Positions 1 to 10,810 are shown, counted from the first letter of the stretch. The stretch is 64,000 nt of DNA from an uncultured Actinomycetota bacterium (GCA_963743915.1 CAVURN010000002.1:32001-96000); one strand, 5' to 3'. Notes: generated by a model not told the origin, from the letters alone. Program-made: numbers and translations.

Positions 1-1228
1 CGGTGACGACGAGCGCCAACCCGGTGTTCATCAGGCTGAGCCCGCTCCGCCCCCCCATCAGCAGCACCGAGTCGACCGGTCCGCACGCGGTCGCCACCAG
101 CATGGCGAGGCACAGGATCACGACTGCGGCGGCTGCCTCGTCGTAACCCTCACCGAAGACGTCCAGCAGCAGGGGCGCGAACACCACCGCGACCAGGTAG
201 ATCGGCCACGAGACGAGGATCAGCCAGGCGGTGGTCGTCTGGTACATCGTCCGCGCCCGGTCCTTGGCTCCCAGCGCCAGGAACTCACTGATGCGGGGGG
301 CCATCACCTGCTGGATCGCCTGGACGAACATCAGGCCGAGGATCGGGAAGCGGGTGGCGGCGGTGTAGAGCGCGGCGTCGGCGGGGCCACGGAGCGCGCC
401 CACGAGAATGATGTCGACGCGCTGCAGCGCGACCGAGAACGCCCTGGACACCGCCCGCGGCGCCGAGAACTTCCAGAACTCCGAGCTCAGCCGTCCTTCG
501 GAGGGCTCAGCCTCGCCGCGCGCGGTGAGGTTCGCCACGACCTTGCGCGTGCGATCCAGCGTCCACAGCACGAGGACGACCAGAGCCGCGACGTACGGCG
601 CTGCCCACGCGAGCGTGAGCCACAGGACCGATGTCGTCGCCATCAGGGCGACCGCGCACACCACCACCTGCGTGCTGCCGCGTCCGATCTTCTCGATCAC
701 GACGAGGGGCATGATCGCCCCGAACCCGCGGCTGGCCGCGAGCCCGAGCAGATAGACCGTCGCCACCGGGAGGACGACGCTCAGCACGAGTATCGCGTCG
801 CTGAAGACGGAGGCGAGGGAGTCGGAGTCACCCGTCGCCAGCTCGCCGAGCGGCCCGGAGGTCAGGGCGAGCAGGACGGCGAGCAGGATGCTGAACGCGA
901 GCGGTGGTCCCAGGGAGACCTTCAAGGTGGCGCGAACGTCGTCCGGTCGTCGCTGGGCGATGGACCGGGGAAGGAACCGGACGAGCCCGGTGTCGGCGCC
1001 GAGGGTGCTGATGGTGAGGACGATGGTGAAGAGCGCGGTCGCCTGGAAGAACACACCCGCGTCGCCCTTGTCGAGGGTGCGGGTGATCAGGACCGGAAGG
1101 GCGAGGTTGAGGGCAGCCGCCACGAAGCTGCCGGCGAGGTTCAGTCCGCTCTGGTGTGCCAGCTGTCGGAGGTCCCGGTCACGCTCGGTCTGCTTCGGGT
1201 CCGCCAGGTCGTCGCGATCGGTGGTCAT
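1..1228 (-). CDS. Polysaccharide flippase (Wzx/MATE-like), runs off the window edge
   Basis: ATG at 1228 overlaps the upstream TGA (ATGA). Reads MTTDRDDLADPKQTERDRDLRQLAHQSGLNLAGSFVAAALNLALPVLITRTLDKGDAGVFFQATALF..., with many hydrophobic helices; lies in a polysaccharide cluster. Confidence 0.8.
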   Translation of the reverse strand, partial: MTTDRDDLADPKQTERDRDLRQLAHQSGLNLAGSFVAAALNLALPVLITRTLDKGDAGVFFQATALFTIVLTISTLGADTGLVRFLPRSIAQRRPDDVRATLKVSLGPPLAFSILLAVLLALTSGPLGELATGDSDSLASVFSDAILVLSVVLPVATVYLLGLAASRGFGAIMPLVVIEKIGRGSTQVVVCAVALMATTSVLWLTLAWAAPYVAALVVLVLWTLDRTRKVVANLTARGEAEPSEGRLSSEFWKFSAPRAVSRAFSVALQRVDIILVGALRGPADAALYTAATRFPILGLMFVQAIQQVMAPRISEFLALGAKDRARTMYQTTTAWLILVSWPIYLVAVVFAPLLLDVFGEGYDEAAAAVVILCLAMLVATACGPVDSVLLMGGRSGLSLMNTGLALVVT

Positions 1229-2745
1229 GCACGCTGCCAGAACTGGTCGTCACCCCGTGAGGCAGCATCTGCCTGCTCCTCCTGGGCCGAACGTCGGATC
1301 TGGTCGTTGCGCCAGAGCAGCGCGATGGAGCAGAAGGTGATCGCGAGCGGCATCGTGAGGGCGGAGTAGAACATTCCGTAGAAGAGCTCCATGGCGACCA
1401 CGGTGGTACCGGCGATCCCCAGGGGCGAGAGGTCCCGCATGTACGCAAGGAGGCTGCGACCCAGGAAGGCGATGTAGAGCGCCAGACCCATGAAGCCCTG
1501 AGCGATCAGGAGCAGGGTGAACTGACCGGTGGAGCCGATGTCACGACCGCCGCAGCGAGGGCATTCCTCCGTGGGACCGATGGCGATGGACGCCTCGCTG
1601 CCTTGGGTGTCACGCGTGGACCCGAATCCGAGGATCGGTGACTGCAAGGCGGTGCCGAGCGATGTCTCCGCGAGGGAGCTGCGCACCGAGTTGCTGTGTC
1701 CGGCCTGGAGCCGTTCGGTCACGAGGGTCTTCAGCGGCGAGAGGAGGAAGACCACACTGGCAAGGATCAGCACGGCACTGGTGGCGACGAGCACCATGGT
1801 GCGACCCCGGAGAGCGAGCCGGGTCGCCACGATCGCCAGGGCGAGCCCCAGCCCCAGCCACATGCCCCGGTTCAGCGAGTACACGATGGGCATGGCGGCC
1901 AGCACCATCAGGGTGGCCAGCATGAACCGACGTCGGCGGCTGCCCAGGACGCCCCACGCGACCACGAGCCAGATGATCAGCAGGGACGTGTTGTTGCCCC
2001 ACGCGTTGGTGAACTTGAACGGAGCCGCGGGTCGAGGGGTCGGGTCGCCCAGGACCGGTTGTACTTGAGCCAGCCGGGTCGCCGAGCCGTCGGACAGGAA
2101 GTCCGGCAGGAGACCCGCGAGGGGTGAGGTGAACTGGAGGTTGGGCAGCACGAGCGCCAGCAGCGCGAGCCCGATGGACGCCGCACCCAGCGTCGCGAGC
2201 CAGCCGATGACCCGGGAGCGAGGCAGCAGCCGTTCACTGGCGTTGCCGATGTAGAGCAGGAACACACTCAGGGCGAGGTAGTTCGCGAAGCGGAACCCGA
2301 AGGCGATGTAGCGGCCCACGCCCTCCGAGGAGGACGTGCCCGCGGCGTCGACGTCGAGCGCGAAGCCGCTGAACAGCACCAGGATGAGGAACAGGATCCA
2401 GATTCCGAAGCCGGGCGGGTAGCGGACGTTCCCCTTCTTCTTCAGGGCCCACGCGAGCGGCACCGCTGCCACGATGAAGACCAGCTGGGTCAGACCAAGG
2501 GCCCACCAGAGCGGCCAGCCGACGATCGCCAGGGCGACCGGCAGCCACTCCGGTGGGGTGCCACGGCGACGAGCAGGGCCGCCCTCCGGGTCTTCCAGCG
2601 ACAGACTGAGTGAGTCGTGGTCAGGGGTCGGGGGGACCGAGGGAAGAGGGACCACGAGCCGGCCGTCGACGTCGGTGGCCAGCACGTCACGCGGCGCGTC
2701 GTCCTCGACCCGCCGTCCCAGACTGTAGTTCTCAGTGGTAGCCAT
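1225..2745 (-). CDS. O-antigen ligase/Wzy-like polytopic membrane protein
   Basis: 506 aa with many TM segments; RPAAPF..TNAWG, SLNRGMW and SPILGFG motifs typical of the family. Confidence 0.7.
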   Translation of the reverse strand: MATTENYSLGRRVEDDAPRDVLATDVDGRLVVPLPSVPPTPDHDSLSLSLEDPEGGPARRRGTPPEWLPVALAIVGWPLWWALGLTQLVFIVAAVPLAWALKKKGNVRYPPGFGIWILFLILVLFSGFALDVDAAGTSSSEGVGRYIAFGFRFANYLALSVFLLYIGNASERLLPRSRVIGWLATLGAASIGLALLALVLPNLQFTSPLAGLLPDFLSDGSATRLAQVQPVLGDPTPRPAAPFKFTNAWGNNTSLLIIWLVVAWGVLGSRRRRFMLATLMVLAAMPIVYSLNRGMWLGLGLALAIVATRLALRGRTMVLVATSAVLILASVVFLLSPLKTLVTERLQAGHSNSVRSSLAETSLGTALQSPILGFGSTRDTQGSEASIAIGPTEECPRCGGRDIGSTGQFTLLLIAQGFMGLALYIAFLGRSLLAYMRDLSPLGIAGTTVVAMELFYGMFYSALTMPLAITFCSIALLWRNDQIRRSAQEEQADAASRGDDQFWQRA

Positions 2746-3709
2746 ACCGCCTCATCAGCGGACCGCACAGCAGCGCCGTGATCCGCTGGCGCGAGGGCGG
2801 CATCTCGTGACGCCACTTCTCGTCCAACCGCAACGGCATCGGACCGGTGCGGAAGCGCACCCGCCCGCCGGTGGGCGCGTGGCTCACACCCGTGCGCACT
2901 CCGTCAGCACCGATGAAGTCGAGGGCACCGTCGTTCGCGGAGCGCCCGGTCAGCGCCAGCACGTCCTCCATCGACGCGCGTGGGTCGCTGACCATGTCCT
3001 CGTACCGCAGCACCGTGAGCGGAACACCCTGCTTGGCCAGTCGACCGATCATCAGGTTCACGGTGACCCACCGGCGTGCAATCTGCCGCATGGGTCGCTT
3101 CTTGAGGTGGTCGCGGGGGCCGGCACCTTCGGGCAGCGCGACCTCCCGGCTCCAGGAGTTGAGCACGCCGCGGGGGTCGCGGACGATGTGCACCACCCGA
3201 AGGGTGATGGCCGGGTCGGACGCCAGCAGGTACGCGGTGGAGGGGCGCTTGGTCGAGTCCACGACCACCTCGGCACCGGACGTGGCGGCCACGGCCGCGT
3301 ACACCCGTCGGGTCAGCTCGAGGTAGCGCTCGACCTTGGCCCGGTGCCCGGGGAGCAGCCGCCGGGCCCAGAACAGCGGCAGCGCACCGGTGGTGTCGAC
3401 GTCGTTCTGCAGACGCACCACCTCGGTCGCGTCGACGGAGTCCCACCCGCCGAAGGCGCGGTCGCCGACCTCGATCCAGAACGGGCAGGCCGAGAATGGC
3501 TCGCCGCATGCGCACAGCTGGTCACGCAGGACGCCCCCCTGCCACATGTAGAAGAGCTCACCCACGTCGCAGTGCCCGGGCAGCTGCCCCAGCAGCAGGT
3601 CGAGCAGGGTCGAGCCGCTCCGAGGCATCCCGCCGACGAACAGCACCTCGACCGGAGCAGCCTCTCGGGAGTCGTGGCCCTCGCCGCGGGGTGTCTCGGT
3701 CTCAGTCAT
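2732..3709 (-). CDS. Sulfotransferase family protein
   Basis: 5'-PSB motif GMPRSGSTLL, VVVDSTK, 3'-PB motif HIVRDPRGVLNS, LRYEDMV. Confidence 0.88.
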   Translation of the reverse strand: MTETETPRGEGHDSREAAPVEVLFVGGMPRSGSTLLDLLLGQLPGHCDVGELFYMWQGGVLRDQLCACGEPFSACPFWIEVGDRAFGGWDSVDATEVVRLQNDVDTTGALPLFWARRLLPGHRAKVERYLELTRRVYAAVAATSGAEVVVDSTKRPSTAYLLASDPAITLRVVHIVRDPRGVLNSWSREVALPEGAGPRDHLKKRPMRQIARRWVTVNLMIGRLAKQGVPLTVLRYEDMVSDPRASMEDVLALTGRSANDGALDFIGADGVRTGVSHAPTGGRVRFRTGPMPLRLDEKWRHEMPPSRQRITALLCGPLMRRYGYH

Positions 3710-3773
3710 CGTTCACACCTCGGGCGCAGAGCCGTGGTCCCGGCCACCGGAGGCGGCACAGGCGAGCGGGCGG

Positions 3774-5365
3774 TCACTTGGATCGGGCGGGGGTGTCCGT
3801 CGAGCGGGCCGCCTTGGGTGGCGGCTCGGTCTCTCCGGACGTCTTGCCGAAGTTCTGCAGTGCTTTGCTGAGCGGACGCTCAGCGACCTTAGGGTCCGCC
3901 TGTTCGGTGAAGCCGTCCTCCGACAGCGGTGTGTTGCGCTCGAGCAGATGCTGGCGACGCATGTCGACCGACACGGCGAAGACCGTGCGGGCCCGCGCCG
4001 TCTTGAGGCTCCGCAGGGTCTCGCCGACAGCGGACCGGGTGGCCTGCCCCAGGTGGACGAGCACCAGGACCACGTCGACGTGCCGGCACAGCATCGGCAG
4101 GTCGACGGTGGGGTCGTCGCTGGGAAGCCCGAGCACCACGAAGTCGTTGTCGGCGCGCAGCGCGTTGATCTGTGCCTGCAACCGCTCGGCGTTGATCTCA
4201 CCGTCGTAGACCAGCTCGGCATCGCGGTAGTTGAGGGTCCGCAGCACCCCACCGGAGGCCTGGGGTCCCACGCCTCGCAGGTTCTTCTCGTTGCTGATGT
4301 AGCTGGTGACGGCACCGCTGCGAGCCGCGGCCACCCCGAGCGCCCGGGAGATGCCGCCGGCGATGGAGGACGAGTTGGGGGCGACGACGAGCACCACCTC
4401 GGCCGCCTCGGGACCGTTGGCGCGCAGCGAGTGGTAGAGGGCCCGGACGTCGTAGTGGCGACTGTCCCGCCCGGCCCCGGCCCCCAGGACCACCTTGAGG
4501 TCGGCGAGCGGCGTCAGGCCGAAGATCCGGTCGATGTCAGCGCTGGCGTGGATCCGCTGGTCGACGCTCTCGCGCCACAGCGCGAGAGCGAGACCGATCA
4601 GCAGTCCGAGGAAGAGGGCGCTGGGAAGGACCAGCATCGGGTTCGGGTCGCGCGGCTTGGCCGGCTTCTGCGCCTCGTTGATGATGACGCCCGGCGACGC
4701 GATCGTGCCCCGGAGCGTCGCCAGGTCGGCGTTCAGTGTCTCGATCTGGGTCTTCAGCTCATCGCGCCTCTTGACCAGTGCGTCCCGGGCGTCGCCCGTG
4801 GCCGACCACCAGCTGCTCTTCGACCCGGCCGAGGTCAGCAGTGGTCGCGTCGATCTGATCGGTGATCTCGACGATCTGTTCGGCGATGGCACTGGTCGGC
4901 TGAGTCGCCACGGTAGGTGATGTACGCCTTGGCGAACGCATCTGCTCCCGCTTGTGCCTTCGCCGCGCTGGAGCCGGCGTACTCGATCTGGAGAATGGTG
5001 GTGTTCGGGGGCACGGTGACGGTGACCCGACGGGCCAGGGCGACGGGCTCCACGTCGCTCTCCACCAGCTCGGCGGTGACGAGCGTCCGCTGCGCCAGCT
5101 TGGCCACTGGCTCGGACTTGACGATCTGCGCCTCGGTGTCGAGGTTGATGCTGTCCGTGGTCCGGCTGCCCTCGGCGACGGACGCGGTCGAGGTGGGCAG
5201 GACCTGCACCTTGGCGGACGACACGTAGGTCTTCGGCGCCACCTGCAGGAAGGCGAGCCCCGCCGCGAAGCAGACGATCAGCGCGACCAGGACGACCAAC
5301 CAGCGCCGACGGACCACCGCCACGTAGTCCCCGAGCACCCGTCCGTGGACAGCCTTGTACTCCAT
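3774..5365 (-). CDS. Wzz/Wzc-like polysaccharide chain-length regulator (frameshift near 4890)
   Basis: N-terminus MEYKAV..DYVAVVRRRWLVV..PKTYVSSAKV in ORF 4835-5491; coiled coil, second TM and kinase-like tail in ORF 3774-4892. Confidence 0.75.
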
Positions 5366-5571
5366 CGTCCAGCCCCTCCCGGCCCTTTCGGGCGTCCGGC
5401 CATGAGATCGGCCCGGGTTTTCGCTCAGGCCCCCTGTGTCAGTCGAGGGTACCTCCCGCGCCCCCATGACCGGAGGACGCGGCACCACCACGTTCCGACG
5501 TCCGTCAGGTTAGGGGGGCGCCCCCACCCGAGGTGGGCTGGTCGGAGGGCGTTGGGCTGAACGGGCGACCC

Positions 5572-8463
5572 TCACCAGCCGGTGCGAAGCGTGGTCCCCA
5601 GCGCGTCGACGAAGGCGTCGGCAGCCTCGAGATCGATGCAGAGCGGCGGTTTGATCTTGAGCACGTTCATGAAGTCTCCCGTGGGTTGGACGATCACTCC
5701 CAGCTCTCGCATCCGCTCCCCGATGGCCAGCGCCTCCTCGGTGGCGGGCTCGAGGGTCTCGCGGTCACGCACGAGCTCGATCCCTCGATAGAGGCCCAGC
5801 CCGTGCACCGTCCCGATGAGCGGATGCTCCTCCGCGAGGGCCATGACGCGGTCGGCGATGTGCTGGCCCACCACCTTCGCGTTCTGCTGCAGGCCCTCCT
5901 GCTCGAGCGCGTCGAGCGTGGCGAGGGCCGCAGCGCAGCCGAGAGGTGAGCCACCCATCGAGCTGAAGAAGGATCCCTCGCTCCGCAGCTGCTCGGCGAT
6001 CTCTCGGGTGGTGACGACAGCTCCCACCGGTACCCCGTTCCCGGTGCACTTGGCCATCGTGACGATGTCAGGCACGACGCCCTGCTGCTCGAAGCCCCAG
6101 AAGTGCTCCCCGAGACGCCCGTACCCGACCTGCACCTCGTCGGCGACGGTGAGGCCGCCCGCGGCTCGGACCGAGGTGTACACCTGCTGCAGGTACCCGT
6201 CGGGGAGCAGGACGCCTCCGGCGTTCCCGTAGACCGGCTCGGCGATGTAGCCACCGATCCGTCCACCACCGTCGACGACCTCACCGATCGCGCGGTCGAC
6301 GTCCGCTGCGTACGCGGCTGCCGCGCCGTCCCCCGAGAACGGACCCCGGTACGGGTTGGGGGACTCGACCACGTGCACCCACGGGGGACGGTCGGACGCC
6401 CCGTGCGGGTTGTCGGCCAGTGACGTGGAGATCTCGTCGGTGCCCGTGGTCCATCCGTGGTAGGCGCTGCGGACCGCCAGCACGTCGCGGCTGCCGGTGG
6501 CTGCCCGGATCAGCCGCAGCGCCACCTCGTTGGCCTCGCTGCCGGTGCTGACGAGGAACACGCTGTCGAGGGGGTCGGGCAGCAGCGCCGCGAGGCGCTC
6601 GGCGAACTCCACCATCGACGCGTAGTGAAAGCGGGAGTTGGTGTTGATGAGCCGCAGCTGTCGACTCACCGCAGCCTCGACCCGGGGGTGGCTGTGGCCG
6701 ACGATCGTCACGTTGTTGACCATGTCGAGGTAGCGACGGCCGTCGGTGTCGAACATGTGGTGCCGGCGTCCCCGCTCGATGCGCGGGGGGTGGTCGTAGT
6801 AGTGCTCCTGTGCCCGTGCGAGGACCCGGTCACGACGGTTCAGCAGTCCGGCGGCGTCGTCGCCGGTCCTCTCGTCGGTCGGAAGGCCCAGCCAGGACGC
6901 CGGGTCGGCTGTCGCGTGGTGCCAGCCGGACGCGCGGGGAGACAGGAACGTCGGGGTGTGGTCGGGGTCGGCCACCAGGCAGACGCGCACCTGCGGCAGG
7001 TCACCCGTCACGGTGCCGAGTGGATCGCCGACCGACACCGAGGCGGCCCTGGTCGCCGAGGCGAGCGGGCCGATCACCGCGCGCCAGGTGTCGTCGACCA
7101 CCACGGAGACGGTCGACCCGTCGGCCCCGTCGGTCCATGAGGCGGTCCCCGAGCACGGTGCGGTGATCATTGTCCCCGCCGGCGCGAAGATCTCGACACC
7201 GGCGCTGACGCCGCCGTCACCCCGCTCGGCCAGCCTGCCCTCGTGGTGCCGTCCGATGCCCCATCCCTCCACCAGCTGGCCCCGGATCCCCGCGACGAGG
7301 TCCCACTCCTCGGGGTCGATGGTGTCGGCCGTCACGGCCTGGTCGACGACCGGCAGGTGGGCGGGGACCGCCACCATCGGCGCTGCGGCCGGGGGGAGCG
7401 AGGGCAGGCGGGGCGCCGGCAGACCGACGGCCTCGGCCAGGACGCCGTGCGCGGCACGCCACGGCACCGCACGTACCGAGCGCCAGATGAGCCAGTCGTC
7501 GGTGACCGAGCCCTGCACGTACTCATCGTCCGGCTCGAGCCGTGCCTGGTGCTCGCTGCTCGCCACGTTCGACGCCGCCCGTGCCACCACCAGTGGCCAC
7601 AGCGCGGCGATCTCGGCCTCGGTCAGTGGCAGCACGGCGTGGTAGCCGCGCAGCACGTCAGCGGTGACCGACAGTGCATCGTCCGGGTCGTGCCCGACGA
7701 GGGAGACGGTGGCCACCGCCACGTCACCGGCGATCCAGGTGCGCAGCATGTCGCCGAAGTCGATGAGCGCGTCGGGCCACGGCTGCCCGGCCTCGTTGCG
7801 CCGCGCGACCACGTTCACGTCCGTCACGTCGGAGTGGCAGACCCCGATGCGCAGCCCATCGGCGAGGGTGTCGATCGCCCGCTGTGCGCGGCCCATGGCG
7901 CGCTCCACCTCGGCGCGTCCGTCCGGGTCGGGGATGGAGGGGGCGAACGCGTCGACGACGTGCCCGGCCCTCCGGACGTCCCACTGCAGCACCCGGTCGA
8001 GCCCCGGGTGGTCGAAGTCGGCGAGTGCCACGGCGGCAGAGGCCGCGAGCCAGCCTTGTCGACGCAGCACCGGAGGCGCGAGGTAGTCGAAGTCGGCCAG
8101 CGGCTGGCCGTCGAGGTAGGTCACGAGCCGGACGTCGTGGTCGGTGCCGTCCCGGGAGACCGACCCGATGAGGTTGCCCCCCTTGTCAGGCAGGGGAACG
8201 GGGACACGGAACGGGACGTCGCGCTCCGACAGGTAGAGCATCGCCGCGTTCTGCGCCTGCAGCCCTTCATGGCTGAAGCCGGGGTTGGAGATCTTGAGGA
8301 TGAACCGACCCGAGGCGGCGTCCACCATGACGTTCTGGTCCTGGTGGCTGCCGAGGGATCGGAGCGGACCGCTCAGTCCGTAGCGCTCACCGAGCAGGGC
8401 TGCCACCTCGTCCAGGCTGAAGGCCGGGCTCGGGATCTCCATGCCCGCGAACGGGTTGCTCAA
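5572..8463 (-). CDS. Fused APH-like (amino-alcohol) kinase and class-III PLP aminotransferase/phospho-lyase
   Basis: Kinase motifs HSDVTDVNV and DFGD; PLP motifs STGSEANE, DEVQVGYGRLG, PDIVTMAK. Confidence 0.85.
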   Translation of the reverse strand: MSNPFAGMEIPSPAFSLDEVAALLGERYGLSGPLRSLGSHQDQNVMVDAASGRFILKISNPGFSHEGLQAQNAAMLYLSERDVPFRVPVPLPDKGGNLIGSVSRDGTDHDVRLVTYLDGQPLADFDYLAPPVLRRQGWLAASAAVALADFDHPGLDRVLQWDVRRAGHVVDAFAPSIPDPDGRAEVERAMGRAQRAIDTLADGLRIGVCHSDVTDVNVVARRNEAGQPWPDALIDFGDMLRTWIAGDVAVATVSLVGHDPDDALSVTADVLRGYHAVLPLTEAEIAALWPLVVARAASNVASSEHQARLEPDDEYVQGSVTDDWLIWRSVRAVPWRAAHGVLAEAVGLPAPRLPSLPPAAAPMVAVPAHLPVVDQAVTADTIDPEEWDLVAGIRGQLVEGWGIGRHHEGRLAERGDGGVSAGVEIFAPAGTMITAPCSGTASWTDGADGSTVSVVVDDTWRAVIGPLASATRAASVSVGDPLGTVTGDLPQVRVCLVADPDHTPTFLSPRASGWHHATADPASWLGLPTDERTGDDAAGLLNRRDRVLARAQEHYYDHPPRIERGRRHHMFDTDGRRYLDMVNNVTIVGHSHPRVEAAVSRQLRLINTNSRFHYASMVEFAERLAALLPDPLDSVFLVSTGSEANEVALRLIRAATGSRDVLAVRSAYHGWTTGTDEISTSLADNPHGASDRPPWVHVVESPNPYRGPFSGDGAAAAYAADVDRAIGEVVDGGGRIGGYIAEPVYGNAGGVLLPDGYLQQVYTSVRAAGGLTVADEVQVGYGRLGEHFWGFEQQGVVPDIVTMAKCTGNGVPVGAVVTTREIAEQLRSEGSFFSSMGGSPLGCAAALATLDALEQEGLQQNAKVVGQHIADRVMALAEEHPLIGTVHGLGLYRGIELVRDRETLEPATEEALAIGERMRELGVIVQPTGDFMNVLKIKPPLCIDLEAADAFVDALGTTLRTGW

Positions 8464-8936
8464 CTGATGACCTCGTCGGTGCCACCGATGACGTGCAGCA
8501 CCGGGACGCTGACCTGCGCCCTCAGCTTGCTCGCCCAGTCGCGGCGCAGCAGGTCGCTGACGAGGTGCGGCTCGGTGACCACCCAGATCTCGTCGGAGCC
8601 CTCGGTGCTCACCGCGGCCGCCGTCGCCGGAACGGGGTGCCGCGGCGTCAGACCGCCGGTCGCCTCGACGCCCTGTGCCGCAAGCAGCTCGAGCGACTCG
8701 CGCAGGGCCTGGCGGGCCAGGAGAGCATCGGCCGCTGCGTCCTCGTCGGCGAGGTCACGCCGCAACTCGTCGAGGTCGACCCGTGCCACGTCGTCGACCA
8801 GCTGATCGACGCGGGACTGGTCGGACGTCTCGGGGACGAGCACGTGGACGGCAAGCTCGCCCTCGTGCCACTCCACGATGCGGGTGACGTCGTGCTCGGT
8901 CAGGGCGTTCTCGGTCAGGACCAGGAGTCGGCTCAC
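8460..8936 (-). CDS. Conserved actinobacterial hypothetical protein (USP-like fold possible)
   Basis: GTG start VSRLLVLTENAL; DEIWVVTEPH..RDWASKLR..VPVLHV; stop overlaps the next start. Confidence 0.6.
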   Translation of the reverse strand: MSRLLVLTENALTEHDVTRIVEWHEGELAVHVLVPETSDQSRVDQLVDDVARVDLDELRRDLADEDAAADALLARQALRESLELLAAQGVEATGGLTPRHPVPATAAAVSTEGSDEIWVVTEPHLVSDLLRRDWASKLRAQVSVPVLHVIGGTDEVIS

Positions 8937-8950
8937 CACTCCATCTTGGC

Positions 8951-10027
8951 CTACCGCACGGTTCCTTCGCGCAGCACCTCGCTGACGTCGTAGGAGACCG
9001 GTCGGTCGAACTGCTCGAAGGTGCAGGACTCGGGTGTGCGGTCCGGCCGCCAGCGCACGAAACGCGGATTGTGCCGGAACCGGTCGCCCTGCAGCTGGTC
9101 GTACGCCACCTCGGCCACGAGCACCGGGCGCAGAGCCACGAACGACATGTCCTTCTTCGCGTTCCACCGGTTGATGCTGCCCGGGCGACGGACGCCGGCG
9201 GCATCGGCACGAGCCGGCTCCCAGGGGTGCTCGGCGAGGTCGGTGACGAGGGGAGCGAGCTCGTCGACCATGGCCCGCCGGACGGCCGCGGTGAAGGACC
9301 CGACCACGCCGATGTGGTGCAGCTGCCCCTGGTCGTCATGGACGCCGAGGAGCAGCGACCCGACTCCTTCGCCCGAGGAGTGCACGCGGTAGCCCGCAAC
9401 CACGCAATCTGCGGTCCGCAGGTGCTTGACCTTCGTCAGAGCGCGTTTGCCCGGCTGGTAGGGCTCGTCGAGCGGCTTGGCGACGACGCCGTCGAGCCCC
9501 GCGCCCTCGAACGACTCGAACCACCGTCGTGCCTCGGCCGGGTCGTCAGTGGCAGGAGTGAGGAAGAAGGGGGACTGCCACCCTGCGGCCACCCGCTCGA
9601 GACGACGGCGCCGCTCGGCGAACGGCTCCGCCGTGTGGACGCCATCGGCGTCCTCGAGCAGGTCGAAGGCGAGGAACCACGCAGGCGTCTGCTCCGCCAG
9701 CATCTGGACCCGTGAGGCTGCCGGGTGGATGCGCTGGCTCAGCACCTCGAAGTCGAGCGCGGCGCCGCGGGCGACCACCAGCTCACCGTCGAGCACGAGC
9801 GGGGACGAGAGGTGAGCACGGACGGCCTCCACCACCTCGGGGAAGTAGCGCGTCAGCGACTCCGAGCGTCCCGAGATCTCGACGTCGTCGCCGACGAACA
9901 GCAGGCAGCGGAAGCCGTCCCACTTGGGCTCGTAGAGGTACTCGCGCCCCTGGGTCGGCTCCGGGATCGTGCCGGCTGCCTTGGCGAGCATGGGAGCGAC
10001 CGGCGCGGTCAGCTGGGTGGACGTCAT
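8951..10027 (-). CDS. ligC: ATP-dependent DNA ligase LigC
   Basis: APMLAK, YEPKWDGFR (adenylation Lys), LDGELV, GLDGVVAK, RWRPDR. Confidence 0.9.
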   Translation of the reverse strand: MTSTQLTAPVAPMLAKAAGTIPEPTQGREYLYEPKWDGFRCLLFVGDDVEISGRSESLTRYFPEVVEAVRAHLSSPLVLDGELVVARGAALDFEVLSQRIHPAASRVQMLAEQTPAWFLAFDLLEDADGVHTAEPFAERRRRLERVAAGWQSPFFLTPATDDPAEARRWFESFEGAGLDGVVAKPLDEPYQPGKRALTKVKHLRTADCVVAGYRVHSSGEGVGSLLLGVHDDQGQLHHIGVVGSFTAAVRRAMVDELAPLVTDLAEHPWEPARADAAGVRRPGSINRWNAKKDMSFVALRPVLVAEVAYDQLQGDRFRHNPRFVRWRPDRTPESCTFEQFDRPVSYDVSEVLREGTVR

Positions 10028-10758
10028 GAGCGGTCGCGAAGGTAGTGGAGGAAGAGGGTGCCCTCGTGGTCGAGGACACCGTGCAGGGTGAGCGGCCGGT
10101 GCTCGGGCGGCGCGGAGGAGATCATGCGGGGCGAGTCCCCGCCCACGAGTCCTGGCGTGACGGTCACGGCGAGTTCGTCGAGCAGGTCGACGGCGGTCAG
10201 CGCGCCGAGCAGGTGGGGTCCGCCCTCGGTGAGGACTCGACGGAGGCCACGCTCGCCCAGGGCTTCGCGCGCCGCGGTCAGGTCGACGTCCTCGTCACCG
10301 CAGATGAGCACCTCGCTGACGTCGCGGAGGGCGGTGAGAGTGTCATCGGGGAGTCCCGCGCGGGTGATCACGAGCGTGGGGGTGGCGCCGCCGAAGACGC
10401 CGGCTGACGGGTCGAGGTCACCGCTGCGGGTCACCAGAGCCAGCCGGGGCGCGGGCGTCTGACCGGCGGCTGTCCGCAGGTGCGCGAACTCTGGCCGGAC
10501 ACGGGCGGGACCATAGCCCTCGGTCCGTGCCGTCCCTGCCCCGACGACGATCACGTCGGCGAGGGCGCGCTGCAGACCGAAGAGCTGCCAGTCGATCGCG
10601 TTCGAGATGCCTTCGGAGCGACCGTCGAGAGTCACCGCACCGTCGACGGACGTGACCATGTTCGCCCGTACCGCACCGTGCGAGGGATAGGCGTAGTGGG
10701 CGGCGAGGGCGTCGACGTCCAGGTCCTCCTGCACGGGGCCCGGAACCAGGCGTCTCAT
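10024..10758 (-). CDS. RibD C-terminal/dihydrofolate reductase-like pyrimidine reductase
   Basis: RANMVTSVDGA, VVGAGTARTEGY, TEGGPHL motifs. Confidence 0.85.
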   Translation of the reverse strand: MRRLVPGPVQEDLDVDALAAHYAYPSHGAVRANMVTSVDGAVTLDGRSEGISNAIDWQLFGLQRALADVIVVGAGTARTEGYGPARVRPEFAHLRTAAGQTPAPRLALVTRSGDLDPSAGVFGGATPTLVITRAGLPDDTLTALRDVSEVLICGDEDVDLTAAREALGERGLRRVLTEGGPHLLGALTAVDLLDELAVTVTPGLVGGDSPRMISSAPPEHRPLTLHGVLDHEGTLFLHYLRDRS

Positions 10759-10810
10759 CCCTAGATCGTGGCAGAAGCAGCCGCGGACCGACGGCCTACC
10801 CTGTGACCTC

